Source: Ranitomeya imitator (lineage: Eukaryota). From it: DNA of 64,000 nt. The notes under the pieces were generated by a model that did not search any database, was not told the DNA's origin, and worked only from the letters and a program-made list of their open reading frames with translations. Position numbers and translations under genes: made by a program. The stretch spans positions 20,398,001 to 20,462,000 of the forward strand of contig NC_091291.1 of assembly GCF_032444005.1 (NCBI RefSeq), given 5' to 3'. Position 1 is the first letter of the stretch, and the number at the start of each line of letters is the position of its first letter. Positions 13,000-24,589 of this stretch are shown here, piece by piece.

Positions 13000-13187
13000 C
13001 CGCCATTCTGGGCCACTATGCTCCGCCATCTAGGGCCACTATGTTCCTCCATTCTGGGCCCCTATGTTCCTTTATCTAGGGCCCCTATGATCCTCCATTC
13101 TGGTTCGCTATGCTCCTCCATCCATGGCCCCTATGTACCTTATACTGTTTCCCTATGATCCCCCATCTTTGACACCTATGTTTCTTT
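13000..13187. repeat. ~21-bp minisatellite (GGCCCCTATGTTCCTCCATTCTG-like), left part; continues at 19574-19775 and 21125-21145
   Basis: The same unit flanks both sides of the Penelope palindrome and of the CR1 at 19785. Confidence 0.8.
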
Positions 13188-13263
13188 AGTCCAAAGGAAG
13201 ATGAACAGCGCTCCAGCCGGGTGTCGTGGTATCAAAAAAGGAAACTTTATTGGTCCATGTAAA

Positions 13264-13303
13264 AGCAACGTTTCGACCAGTATCCTGGTCTTTTTCAAGC
13301 ATG
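13264..13303 (-). ncRNA. Minimal type I hammerhead-like ribozyme (U3-A8 variant), left arm
   Basis: Reverse complement of the motif at 19378-19417. Confidence 0.6.
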
Positions 13304-14379
13304 TAGCACAGTACAAAGTGTCGGCTTAAATGGTGTGGATACCACACAGGGCACCAATCACCAACCAGCCACTAATTACATATACAAATACAAAAAGTAA
13401 CATCAATCAAACTATATATAATAAATTAAAATAGATACATACAATATCTGCAGCGTTAGAAACAAAGAAAATCAAATCTCAAAAGCATATAACATAATAT
13501 TGCTGCAATGTTTATATTCCGTCCAGCCAATTAGGTTCCGGTATATCCGTAGTCACGGCTACAAATTTCCAATGAAACAGTCCTTGCAGCGATCCTCCTG
13601 TCCAATCCGGATCAATTCTGCGGTGGGCGCCAAAATTCAACCAGCCTATCAAACCCCATCATGCTTCCAAGCCAGTCCCAGGTAACCAATCAGGCAAACA
13701 CTTATATCATATACCATGACTACATCACAACCCTGCGACTCACTACGGCAAGCCACCTGGCCGCAGAGGACTCAGAAGCACCCTGATAGGTGTAGCTGTG
13801 CGTCATGACAACAGCCCGCCCACCTCACGTGATCACACAACCGGGTCCGCCCCACAGTGACGCAACCAACCATCCCCCATGCACAGGGGAAGCCGCGGAT
13901 GCGCGCAGACTCAGTACCGCTGGAAACCGCCGCATCGTAAACCACGATACAGGCAGATCCAGCGGCACAGTGAGATGCCACGCCCCCCGCCAACCCACAT
14001 GCAAAGAGGACGCCGGCGCGTCACAAACAGGACGTCCCAGATGCGACGTCACAGAGTCAGCTAGCCAGATGCCAATACACAGGCGCCTATAACCATTGGA
14101 TCTGTGCAGCCACGGCCACAACGGGTTGCCAAGGGAACCTAAATAAATATAAATAGATATAATTAGCCATCTATAAGGTGTAACTCAAGATAAAACATGG
14201 AAAAAGCCATTTTGATCAAATAGATCAATAGAGTGACACTACCTAGGGACGGAAAAGGACATTGTATAATCAATCGCTAAAAACAATAAAAAACGACAAA
14301 AACACTATAAAAACAATATACCGATGAATAATGCCATAACCAAGAGGAGAGAGAACAATGAACCAGGGGAGAGAAAATA

Positions 14380-16395
14380 TTACCTAGGAATGCAGACCTG
14401 TAAATTAAAGTCTAAATTAAGGCCTCCAGGTTGTAAGGTCCCTAATGAGTAAATCCATCTAATTTCTTTCTTCCTAAGCAACGATAATCTATCCCCACCT
14501 CTCCTCAAAACCGGAACACTATCTATTACCCTAAAGCGTAATTGGTTGACAGAATGTTTATTGTCCAGAAAATGTTTGGGGATTGGCAAATCTGTAAGTC
14601 CTGTACGTATCGTGCTTTTATGCTTACTGATTCGCGCCCGCACCTCCATCGTGGTCTCCCCCACATAAGCTAACCCGCACGGGCACGTAATCATGTAAAC
14701 AACAAAGCTCGAAGAACAAGTGTAACGTTCCTTCAGATAAATCTTCTTCCCCGTATGAGGGTGATAGAAAAATTCCCCTTTAAGCATGTTGTTACAGCTG
14801 GCACACCCCAGACATGGAAAATTTCCAAGTCTGGGTGTGCTTAGAGTCGATTGGACTAGGGAGCTCTTAAATGATCCAATATCCGATCTCACCAAACTAT
14901 CACCCAGATTGCGACCCCTTCTGTATGACATCATTGGATAGTTTTTAAACGCTGGTATAGATGGTAAACCGCGCTGCAAACCCATCCAATGTTTTTTCAA
15001 AATCCTGTCAATTTGACCACTAGCTGAAGTGTATGTAGATACAAAAGGGATACGTTCCCCGGGCTGCTTCAAGGACCCTGATTTACGAGTGGACTCCCGT
15101 GATACATTCCGAGCCTTATGACTAAATCTGCAAAGCTCCTTCTTGGGATAACCCCTGTTGGAGAACTTCAGACACATTTCATCCAGCCTCCGATCAACCA
15201 CAGTGTCATCCGACACTATTCTCCGCACCCTCAAGAGTTGGCTCCATGGTAAGGAGTTAACCATTCTCCGAGGATGGTTGCTATCAAATAGCAACAGGCC
15301 ATTTCTATCGGTCTCCTTCACAAAAATGTCTGTCTTCAATTTATCTCCTTCTTTATAAACAAGGGTATCCAAAAACTGGAGCTGAGAAGTAGAAGAGGTC
15401 AAAGTAAACTGTAATTCCACGTATACTCCATTAAGATAATGGTGAAACTCATTAAGTTCTGTCACATTACCATCCCAAATCAAAAAAATATCATCAATGT
15501 AACGCCACCAGGCTCTGACGTGGCGCCAGAGGCTGGAACAGTACACAAACCTGTCCTCGAATACCGCCATATAGATGTTTGCATAAGTGGGGGCCACATT
15601 GGACCCCATGGCGGTACCCCTCAACTGTAAAAAGAACTCATCCCCAAAGAGAAAATAATTCCTCCTGAGGATGAGCTCTAACAGTGTGAGGACAAGTCGT
15701 GCACTCTCCGGGGCCACGTCAGAGCCTGATAGCGCACAAGAAACTGCGTCGAGCCCCTTGTCATGCTCGATCGACGTGTATAAAGATACAACGTCAAACG
15801 ATGCAAGCAAGGTGGTCTCAGACACAGTGATGCCTTCAAGTTTGTCAAGGAAATCATTCGTGTCACGAATGTAAGATCTAGCTGATATAGCATAGGTACG
15901 CAATACTTTATCTAAGAAAATCGCTGTCTTATTAAATAGAGAGCCCCTCCCCGACACGATAGGCCTTCCGGGGGGTTTTTCCAAATCCTTATGAATTTTC
16001 GGTAGTATATATATCACCGGTATCACTGGTGCATCAACGATCAAAAATTCTGACAACTTGTGGTCAATGAGTCCCATGGCTAGGGAGTCACTGACCACAA
16101 GTTGTAATTCCTTCTGAAAACGAGTAGTAGGATTACTTGGTAGTTTCTCATAGACACATCGATCTCCCAGTTGCCGTAAGATTTCTGCTTTGTATTTTAC
16201 GCTGTCCATAACGACAACCGCCCCGCCTTTATCGGCCTGTTTAATGGTCAACAAAGAATTATCTGCCAAGGCCCTCAAAACTTTCTTATCAGCCACTGTC
16301 ATATTACAATTGCTCGGAGGTTTAAATGTCTTTTTTAATCTATCGATATCCCTCTGAACCAATACAATATAGGATTCTACAAAATGATCCCTATT
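14380..16395 (-). CDS. 5'-truncated Penelope-like RT / GIY-YIG endonuclease ORF (left arm plus spacer)
   Basis: IKQADKGGAVVVMD, PGRPIVS, FDVVSLYTSI, GTAMGS, RYIDDIF (RT); CLGCASC linker; VVYMITCPCGLAYVGET (GIY-YIG). Frame is open, with no native start codon. Confidence 0.92.
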   Translation of the reverse strand, partial: NRDHFVESYIVLVQRDIDRLKKTFKPPSNCNMTVADKKVLRALADNSLLTIKQADKGGAVVVMDSVKYKAEILRQLGDRCVYEKLPSNPTTRFQKELQLVVSDSLAMGLIDHKLSEFLIVDAPVIPVIYILPKIHKDLEKPPGRPIVSGRGSLFNKTAIFLDKVLRTYAISARSYIRDTNDFLDKLEGITVSETTLLASFDVVSLYTSIEHDKGLDAVSCALSGSDVAPESARLVLTLLELILRRNYFLFGDEFFLQLRGTAMGSNVAPTYANIYMAVFEDRFVYCSSLWRHVRAWWRYIDDIFLIWDGNVTELNEFHHYLNGVYVELQFTLTSSTSQLQFLDTLVYKEGDKLKTDIFVKETDRNGLLLFDSNHPRRMVNSLPWSQLLRVRRIVSDDTVVDRRLDEMCLKFSNRGYPKKELCRFSHKARNVSRESTRKSGSLKQPGERIPFVSTYTSASGQIDRILKKHWMGLQRGLPSIPAFKNYPMMSYRRGRNLGDSLVRSDIGSFKSSLVQSTLSTPRLGNFPCLGCASCNNMLKGEFFYHPHTGKKIYLKERYTCSSSFVVYMITCPCGLAYVGETTMEVRARISKHKSTIRTGLTDLPIPKHFLDNKHSVNQLRFRVIDSVPVLRRGGDRLSLLRKKEIRWIYSLGTLQPGGLNLDFNLQVCIPR

Positions 16396-18301
16396 GAAAG
16401 TTTTGAGGGCCTTGGCAGATAATTCTTTGTTGACCATTAAACAGGCCGATAAAGGCGGGGCGGTTGTCGTTATGGACAGCGTAAAATACAAAGCAGAAAT
16501 CTTACGGCAACTGGGAGATCGATGTGTCTATGAGAAACTACCAAGTAATCCTACTACTCGTTTTCAGAAGGAATTACAACTTGTGGTCAGTGACTCCCTA
16601 GCCATGGGACTCATTGACCACAAGTTGTCAGAATTTTTGATCGTTGATGCACCAGTGATACCGGTGATATATATACTACCGAAAATTCATAAGGATTTGG
16701 AAAACCCCCCCGGAAGGCCTATCGTGTCGGGGAGGGGCTCTCTATTTAATAAGACAGCGATTTTCTTAGATAAAGTATTGCGTACCTATGCTATATCAGC
16801 TAGATCTTACATTCGTGACACGAATGATTTCCTTGACAAACTTGAAGGCATCACTGTGTCTGAGACCACCTTGCTTGCATCGTTTGACGTTGTATCTTTA
16901 TACACGTCGATCGAGCATGACAAGGGGCTCGACGCAGTTTCTTGTGCGCTATCAGGCTCTGACGTGGCCCCGGAGAGTGCACGACTTGTCCTCACACTGT
17001 TAGAGCTCATCCTCAGGAGGAATTATTTTCTCTTTGGGGATGAGTTCTTTTTACAGTTGAGGGGTACCGCCATGGGGTCCAATGTGGCCCCCACTTATGC
17101 AAACATCTATATGGCGGTATTCGAGGACAGGTTTGTGTACTGTTCCAGCCTCTGGCGCCACGTCAGAGCCTGGTGGCGTTACATTGATGATATTTTTTTG
17201 ATTTGGGATGGTAATGTGACAGAACTTAATGAGTTTCACCATTATCTTAATGGAGTATACGTGGAATTACAGTTTACTTTGACCTCTTCTACTTCTCAGC
17301 TCCAGTTTTTGGATACCCTTGTTTATAAAGAAGGAGATAAATTGAAGACAGACATTTTTGTGAAGGAGACCGATAGAAATGGCCTGTTGCTATTTGATAG
17401 CAACCATCCTCGGAGAATGGTTAACTCCTTACCATGGAGCCAACTCTTGAGGGTGCGGAGAATAGTGTCGGATGACACTGTGGTTGATCGGAGGCTGGAT
17501 GAAATGTGTCTGAAGTTCTCCAACAGGGGTTATCCCAAGAAGGAGCTTTGCAGATTTAGTCATAAGGCTCGGAATGTATCACGGGAGTCCACTCGTAAAT
17601 CAGGGTCCTTGAAGCAGCCCGGGGAACGTATCCCTTTTGTATCTACATACACTTCAGCTAGTGGTCAAATTGACAGGATTTTGAAAAAACATTGGATGGG
17701 TTTGCAGCGCGGTTTACCATCTATACCAGCGTTTAAAAACTATCCAATGATGTCATACAGAAGGGGTCGCAATCTGGGTGATAGTTTGGTGAGATCGGAT
17801 ATTGGATCATTTAAGAGCTCCCTAGTCCAATCGACTCTAAGCACACCCAGACTTGGAAATTTTCCATGTCTGGGGTGTGCCAGCTGTAACAACATGCTTA
17901 AAGGGGAATTTTTCTATCACCCTCATACGGGGAAGAAGATTTATCTGAAGGAACGTTACACTTGTTCTTCGAGCTTTGTTGTTTACATGATTACGTGCCC
18001 GTGCGGGTTAGCTTATGTGGGGGAGACCACGATGGAGGTGCGGGCGCGAATCAGTAAGCATAAAAGCACGATACGTACAGGACTTACAGATTTGCCAATC
18101 CTCAAACATTTTCTGGACAATAAACATTCTGTCAACCAATTACGCTTTAGGGTAATAGATAGTGTTCCGGTTTTGAGGAGAGGTGGGGATAGATTATCGT
18201 TGCTTAGGAAGAAAGAAATGAGATGGATTTACTCATTAGGGACCTTACAACCTGGAGGCCTTAATTTAGACTTTAATTTACAGGTCTGCATTCCTAGGTA
18301 A
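16396..18301 (+). CDS. 5'-truncated Penelope-like RT / GIY-YIG endonuclease ORF (right arm)
   Basis: Same motifs; differs from the left copy by three residues (K/N, P/L, I/M); starts 110 nt further into the element. Confidence 0.92.
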
Positions 18302-19377
18302 TATTTTCTCTCCCCTGGTTCATTGTTCTCTCTCCTCTTGGTTATGGCATTATTCATCGGTATATTGTTTTTATAGTGTTTTTGTCGTTTTTTATTGTTT
18401 TTAGCGATTGATTATACAATGTCCTTTTCCGTCCCTAGGTAGTGTCACTCTATTGATCTATTTGATCAAAATGGCTTTTTCCATGTTTTATCTTGAGTTA
18501 CACCTTATAGATGGCTAATTATATCTATTTATATTTATTTAGGTTCCCTTGGCAACCCGTTGTGGCCGTGGCTGCACAGATCCAATGGTTATAGGCGCCT
18601 GTGTATTGGCATCTGGCTAGCTGACTCTGTGACGTCGCATCTGGGACGTCCTGTTTGTGACGCGCCGGCGTCCTCTTTGCATGTGGGTTGGCGGGGGGCG
18701 TGGCATCTCACTGTGCCGCTGGATCTGCCTGTATCGTGGTTTACGATGCGGCGGTTTCCAGCGGTACTGAGTCTGCGCGCATCCGCGGCTTCCCCTGTGC
18801 ATGGGGGATGGTTGGTTGCGTCACTGTGGGGCGGACCCGGTTGTGTGATCACGTGAGGTGGGCGGGCTGTTGTCATGACGCACAGCTACACCTATCAGGG
18901 TGCTTCTGAGTCCTCTGCGGCCAGGTGGCTTGCCGTAGTGAGTCGCAGGGTTGTGATGTAGTCATGGTATATGATATAAGTGTTTGCCTGATTGGTTACC
19001 TGGGACTGGCTTGGAAGCATGATGGGGTTTGATAGGCTGGTTGAATTTTGGCGCCCACCGCAGAATTGATCCGGATTGGACAGGAGGATCGCTGCAAGGA
19101 CTGTTTCATTGGAAATTTGTAGCCGTGACTACGGATATGCCGGAACCTAATTGGCTGGACGGAATATAAACATTGCAGCAATATTATGTTATATGCTTTT
19201 GAGATTTGATTTTCTTTGTTTCTAACGCTGCAGATATTGTATGTATCTATTTTAATGTATTATATATAGTTTGATTGATGTTACTTTTTGTATTTGTATA
19301 TGTAATTAGTGGCTGGTTGGTGATTGGTGCCCTGTGTGGTATCCACACCATTTAAGCCGACACTTTGTACTGTGCTA

Positions 19378-19417
19378 CATGCTTGAAAAAGACCAGGATA
19401 CTGGTCGAAACGTTGCT
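19378..19417 (+). ncRNA. Minimal type I hammerhead-like ribozyme (U3-A8 variant), right arm
   Basis: GC-TTGAAAA-A-GACCAG(GATA)CTGGTC-GAAA-C-GTT-GC, followed by AATAAA at 19430-19435; perfect 6-bp stem II and palindromic AACGTT. Confidence 0.6.
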
Positions 19418-19784
19418 TTTACATGGACCAATAAAGTTTCCTTTTTTGATACCACGACACCCGGCTGGAGCGCTGTTCATCTTCCTTTGGACTATTGTAC
19501 ATATCCAGGTTGGTTCCCTGGACAAGGAACGAGCGCCCGTTTGTGTGAGTGCTGTCAGCCCGATCTTTTTTCTACCTATGTTTCTTTGTCCTTGGCTCCT
19601 ATGTTCCCTCATCCTGGGCAACCATGTTCCCCCTTCTTGGGCTCCTATGTTCCCCCATCTTGGGCCCCTATGTTCCCCCATCCTGAGCCACTATGTTCTG
19701 CTGTCCCGAGCCCCTATGTTCCTTGTCCTGGGCCCTTATATTCCTTCATTATGGGCCCCAATTTTCCTTTGCTCTGGTCTTCTT

Positions 19785-21107
19785 TCAATGAGAATAACTG
19801 TTTAACTCCATATCAGCATGGGTTTATGAGAAATCGCTCCTGTCAAACCAATCTAATCAGTTTTTATGAAGAGGTAAGCTATAGGCTGGACCACGGTGAG
19901 TCATTGGACGTGGTATATCTCGATTTTTCCAAAGCGTTTGATACCGTGCCGCACAAGAGGTTGGTGCACAAAATGAGAATGCTTGGTCTGGGGGAAATTG
20001 TGTGTAAATGGGTTAGTAACTGGCTAAGTGATAGAAAGCAGAGGGTGGTTATAAATGGTATAGTCTCTAACTGGGTCGCTGTGACCAGTGGGGTACCGCA
20101 GGGGTCAGTATTGGGACCTGTTCTCTTCAACATATTCATTAATGATCTGGTAGAAGGTTTACACAGTAAAATATCGATATTTGCAGATGATACAAAACTA
20201 TGTAAAGCAGTTAATACAAGAGAAGATAGTATTCTGCTACAGATGGATCTGGATAAGTTGGAAACTTGGGCTGAAAGGTGACAGATGAGGTTTAACAATG
20301 ATAAATGTAAGGTTATACACATGGGAAGAAGGAATCAATGTCACCATTACACACTGAATGGGAAACCACTGGGTAAATCTGACAGGGAGAAGGACTTGGG
20401 GATCCTAGTTAATGATAAACTTACCTGGAGCAGCCAGTGCCAGGCAGCAGCTGCCAAGGCAAACAGGATCATGGGGTGCATTAAAAGAGGTCTGGATACA
20501 CATGATGAGAGCATTATACTGCCTCTGTACAAATCCCTAGTTAGACCGCACATAGAGTACTGTGTCCAGTTTTGGGCACCGGTGCTCAGGAAGGATATAA
20601 TGGAACTAGAGAGAGTACAAAGGAGGGCAACAAAATTAATAAAGGGGATGGGAGAACTACAATACCCAGATAGATTAGCGAAATTAGGATTATTTAGTCT
20701 AGAAAAAAGACGACTGAGGGGCGATCTAATAACCATGTATAAGTATATAAGGGGACAATACAAATATCTCGCTGAGGATCTGTTTATACCAAGGAAGGTG
20801 ACGGGCACAAGGGGGCATTCTTTGCGTCTGGAGGAGAGAAGGTTTTTCCACCAACATAGAAGAGGATTCTTTACTGTTAGGGCAGTGAGAATCTGGAATT
20901 GCTTGCCTGAGGAGGTGGTGATGGCGAACTCAGTCGAGGGGTTCAAGAGAGGCCTGGATGTCTTCCTGGAGCAGAACAATATTGTATCATACAATTAGGT
21001 TCTGTAGAAGGACGTAGATCTGGGGATTTATTATGATGGAATATAGGCTGAACTGGATGGACAAATGTCTTTTTTCGGCCTTACTAACTATGTTACTATG
21101 TTATGTT
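19785..21107 (+). mobile_element. 5'-truncated CR1 LINE (subfamily 1) with premature stop
   Basis: RT motifs [30 protein letters not shown]; TGG>TGA at 20279-20281; (ACTATGTT)n tail; about 99% identical to 54764-56085. Confidence 0.95.
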
Positions 21108-22659
21108 CTTTGTTCTTCGTCTACGGCCCTTATGTTCCCCCATCCTGTTGCTGCTTCACATCCCACTTAGTTGATAAAATTGCTCCTTCCATATTAAAAG
21201 CCAGTGACTGCACATCATGGGGGGGGCGAATTACGTCATTGCACACTGACGTCAGCTGCTGGCCTCTGATACCATCCAACTGAATGTGCGTCAGTAAAAT
21301 GGCCACTGTACTATCAGAGGCTAGGGGCTGATGTCAGCATGTATAGTTAGCGTCATTGACATGCGCAAAACGCGACGGGCATGCTGACGCCAGTTGCAGG
21401 CTTTCTGACACGTAATATGTTTGAATTGAATGTGTCCAAGAACACAAGTTGAGTTACTCGGGGACCCACTGAGACCTGAGGCCCATCGGAAAATCCTCCG
21501 ATGTCCCGACGACTAAGTCCAATGCTGAATTCCACAGAAGGTACAGTACCATCCATCAAGCTGCTGACCCTGTGTTGCAAAACACATGTGGTACCCCCTC
21601 TTGCATTTTCTTCGCATGATTTTCCCTAAAAAATATTGCATTGCTTTGCCAAAATAATACCACCCTATAGTGGCTACCAATGTTATGGTCAGTTTTATGA
21701 AAATACATGACAAGTCACCAATTTTCAGAGCTCATGAGCACCCATGTCTCTAACAATTCCTGAGAGGGATGCAAGTCCCACCAAGTTCTTTGCAATATTA
21801 CAATGTGCCAAAACTGGGGATATAATCAGCATTCCCTCAGCAAACGGTATAATTATTGGGCAGAAGAGTCTCAGTTAAGGTTTTTGACAAATCTTATATC
21901 ACTGTCACATCAGGAAATGTACCAATGTCTCACTGTGCGCGCTATTTCTCAACAAGTGAAGAAATCAGATTGGGACACAACAATTGTTGAACTGTCAACA
22001 AGCTGTTAGAACATTTCCTGAGTGTAGGAAACTAAGTTTTCTTGGGCAACAGTCTCAGCACTCAACAGATGAAGTCCAATCTTGGTCCACTCCAGTCCCA
22101 TGGCTTAATAAATGTAGATAGAAGACTGGACTGTGAAGTTGTCATCGATAATCCATTGTTAAGTAAAACCAATACAGAATTGATAGAATATAGTCATCCT
22201 CCAGCAGTAACGATCCTGATAAAGGGCTCTTTTTGGCCCATGATTAGTGCAGGTTGCGGCTTGACAATGGTAGCAAACACCCTTCGTAATGTCACCATCA
22301 GAGGTCTACAAGAGGTTTACAGAACTGTTCCGAATAAACCCAATATTAAGGCACATCTTAGGTAGGGGCTGACCATTATTTTATCTTAGTCATGTGTTTG
22401 AGGCTAAAAATCATTTTGCAATTGGGTTCCATTAAAAATGTTCCACTGTTTGGCTTTTACGGATTCTTTGTTTCACCCCATATTCAGCATTAATGAGTCC
22501 TGTTGTCATAAATCAGATGAGAGGAGCTAAAAAAACGAGTTAAAAAGTCACCATCAGAGTGTCAGAAGGCAAAATATGGATAAACGGTGAAACTTTTTTT
22601 CAGGAAACTCGTGATTTTTAGCCCCAAGTATATGCATTTAGGTAAAAAAATGAAAATGA

Positions 22660-24466
22660 TACCCAAATAACAATATGGCAGACAATATGATCAGTGATAA
22701 CTAAAACTACCCATTAAATGTCACCTGCTTAACCCAGCAGGAAGTGCGGCGGCGTCTAAAAATTGCCAAAATTGCCAAATCTCCGGGCCCGTATGGGATT
22801 CACCCCCAAGTACTGCAGGAATTAAGTACAGTCATTGATAGACCATTATTTTTAATCTTTAAAGACTCCATAATAACAGGGTCTGTACCACAGGACTGGC
22901 GTATAGCAAATGTGGTGCCAAAATTCAAAAAGGGGACAAAAACTGAACTCGGAAATTATAGGCCAGTAAGCTTAACCTCTACTGTGGGTAAAATCCTGGA
23001 GGGCATTCTAAGGGACGCTATACTGGAGTATCTGAAGAGGAATAACCTCATGACCCAGTATCAGCACGGGTTTACTAGGGACCGTTCATGTCAGACTAAT
23101 CTGATCAGCTGCTATGAAGAGGTAAGTTCCGGACTGGACCAAGGGAACCCAGTGGACGTAGTGTATATGGACTTTTCAAAAGCTTTTGATACGGTGCCAC
23201 ACAAAAGGTTGATACATAAAATGAGAATAATGGGGATAGGGGAAAATATATGTAAGTGGGTTAAGAGCTGGCTCAGGGATAGGAAACAAAGGGTGGTTAT
23301 TAATGGAGAACACTCGACTGGGTCGCGGTTAGAAGTGGGGTACCACAGGGGTCAGTATTGGGCTCTCTTCTTTTTAACATATTTATTAATGACCTTGTAG
23401 GGGGCATTCAGAGTAGAATTTCAATATTTGCAGATGACACTAAACTCTGCAGGGTAATCAATACAGAGGAGGACAATTTTATATTACAGGATGATTTATG
23501 TAAACTAGAAGCTTGGGCTGATAAATGGCAAATGAGCTTTAATGGGGATAAATGTACGGTCATGCACTTGGGTAGAAGTAATAAGATGTATAATTATGTG
23601 CTTAATTCTAAATCTCTGGGCAAAACCGTCAATGAAAAAGACCTGGGTGTATGGGTGGATGACAAACTCATATTCAGTGGCCAGTGTCAGGCAGCTGCTA
23701 CAAAGGCAAATAAAATAATGGGATGCATTAAAAGAGGCATAGATGCTCATGAGGAGAACATAATTTTACCTCTATACAAGTCACTAGTTCGACCACACTT
23801 AGAATACTGTGCACAGTTCTGGTCTCCGGTGTATAAGAAAGACATAGCTGAACTGGAGCGGGTGCAGAGAAGAGCGACCAAGGTTATTAGAGGACTGGGG
23901 GGTCTGCAATACCAAGATAGGTTATTACACTTGGGGCTATTTAGTTTGGAAAAACGAAGACTAAGGGGTGATCTTATTTTAATGTATAAATATATGAGGG
24001 GACAGTACAAAGACCTTTCTGATGATCTTTTTAATCATAGACCTGAGACAGGGACAAGGGGGCATCCTCTGCGTTTGGAGGAAAAAAGGTTTAAGCATAA
24101 TAACAGACGCAGATTCTTTACTGTAAGAGCAGTGAGACTATGGAACTCTCTGCCGTATGATGTAATGAGTGATTCATTACTTATATTTAAGAGGGGACTG
24201 GATACATTTCTGGAAAAGTATAATGTTACAGGGTATATACACTAGATTCCTTGATAGGGCGTTGATCCAGGGAACTAGTCTGATTGCCGTATGTGGAGTC
24301 AGGAAGGAATATTTTTCCCCAATGTGGAGCTTACTCTTTGCCACGTTTTTTTTTTTTTGCCTTCCTCTGGATCAACATGTTAGGGCATGTTAGGTTAGGC
24401 TATGGGGTGAACTAGATGGACTTAAAGTCTTCCTTCAACTTTAATAACTATGTTACTATGTTACTA
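22660..24466 (+). mobile_element. 5'-truncated, frameshifted CR1 LINE (subfamily 2)
   Basis: RT split across ORFs 22744-23400 and 23358-24245; [19 protein letters not shown]; (ACTATGTT)n tail; clearly diverged from subfamily 1. The 5' boundary is approximate. Confidence 0.92.
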
Positions 24467-24589
24467 TATAATTAAGAGATACTGCATCTTTTTCATTCAC
24501 AAGTTGACGTGTAATGTCATTAGACCTCTGACCATACATCATTAAAAAAAAAACTTGGCTGCTAATGGAACTAGAAAAAAATAAGTTAA

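Larger units (their letters stand above)
13188..19573. mobile_element. Penelope-like retroelement (Neptune-type): head-to-head palindromic double insertion
   Basis: Arms 13187-16285 and 16396-19494 are reverse complements (3099 bp each); 110-bp spacer; 79-bp extra tail 19495-19573; 14-bp direct repeat ACCTATGTTTCTTT at 13174-13187 and 19574-19587; each arm encodes RT plus GIY-YIG. Confidence 0.95.

Noticed and set aside
16396-16491. N-terminal 32 aa of the 703-aa ORF, and the Met start of the 635-aa ORF
   Set aside because: The first is antisense sequence of the right arm read across the junction; the second is a junction TTG. Neither is a native start.
13187-19494. Palindrome as a fold-back sequencing or assembly artefact
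   Set aside because: Disfavoured, not excluded: the TSD, the one-sided 79-bp tail, the ORF-continuing spacer and distinct flanks on each side are not expected from a fold-back chimera. Raw reads are needed.
19334-20281. 315-aa ORF as a novel RT fusion gene
   Set aside because: It is chance read-through from Penelope tail and minisatellite into a truncated CR1, ending at that copy's premature stop.
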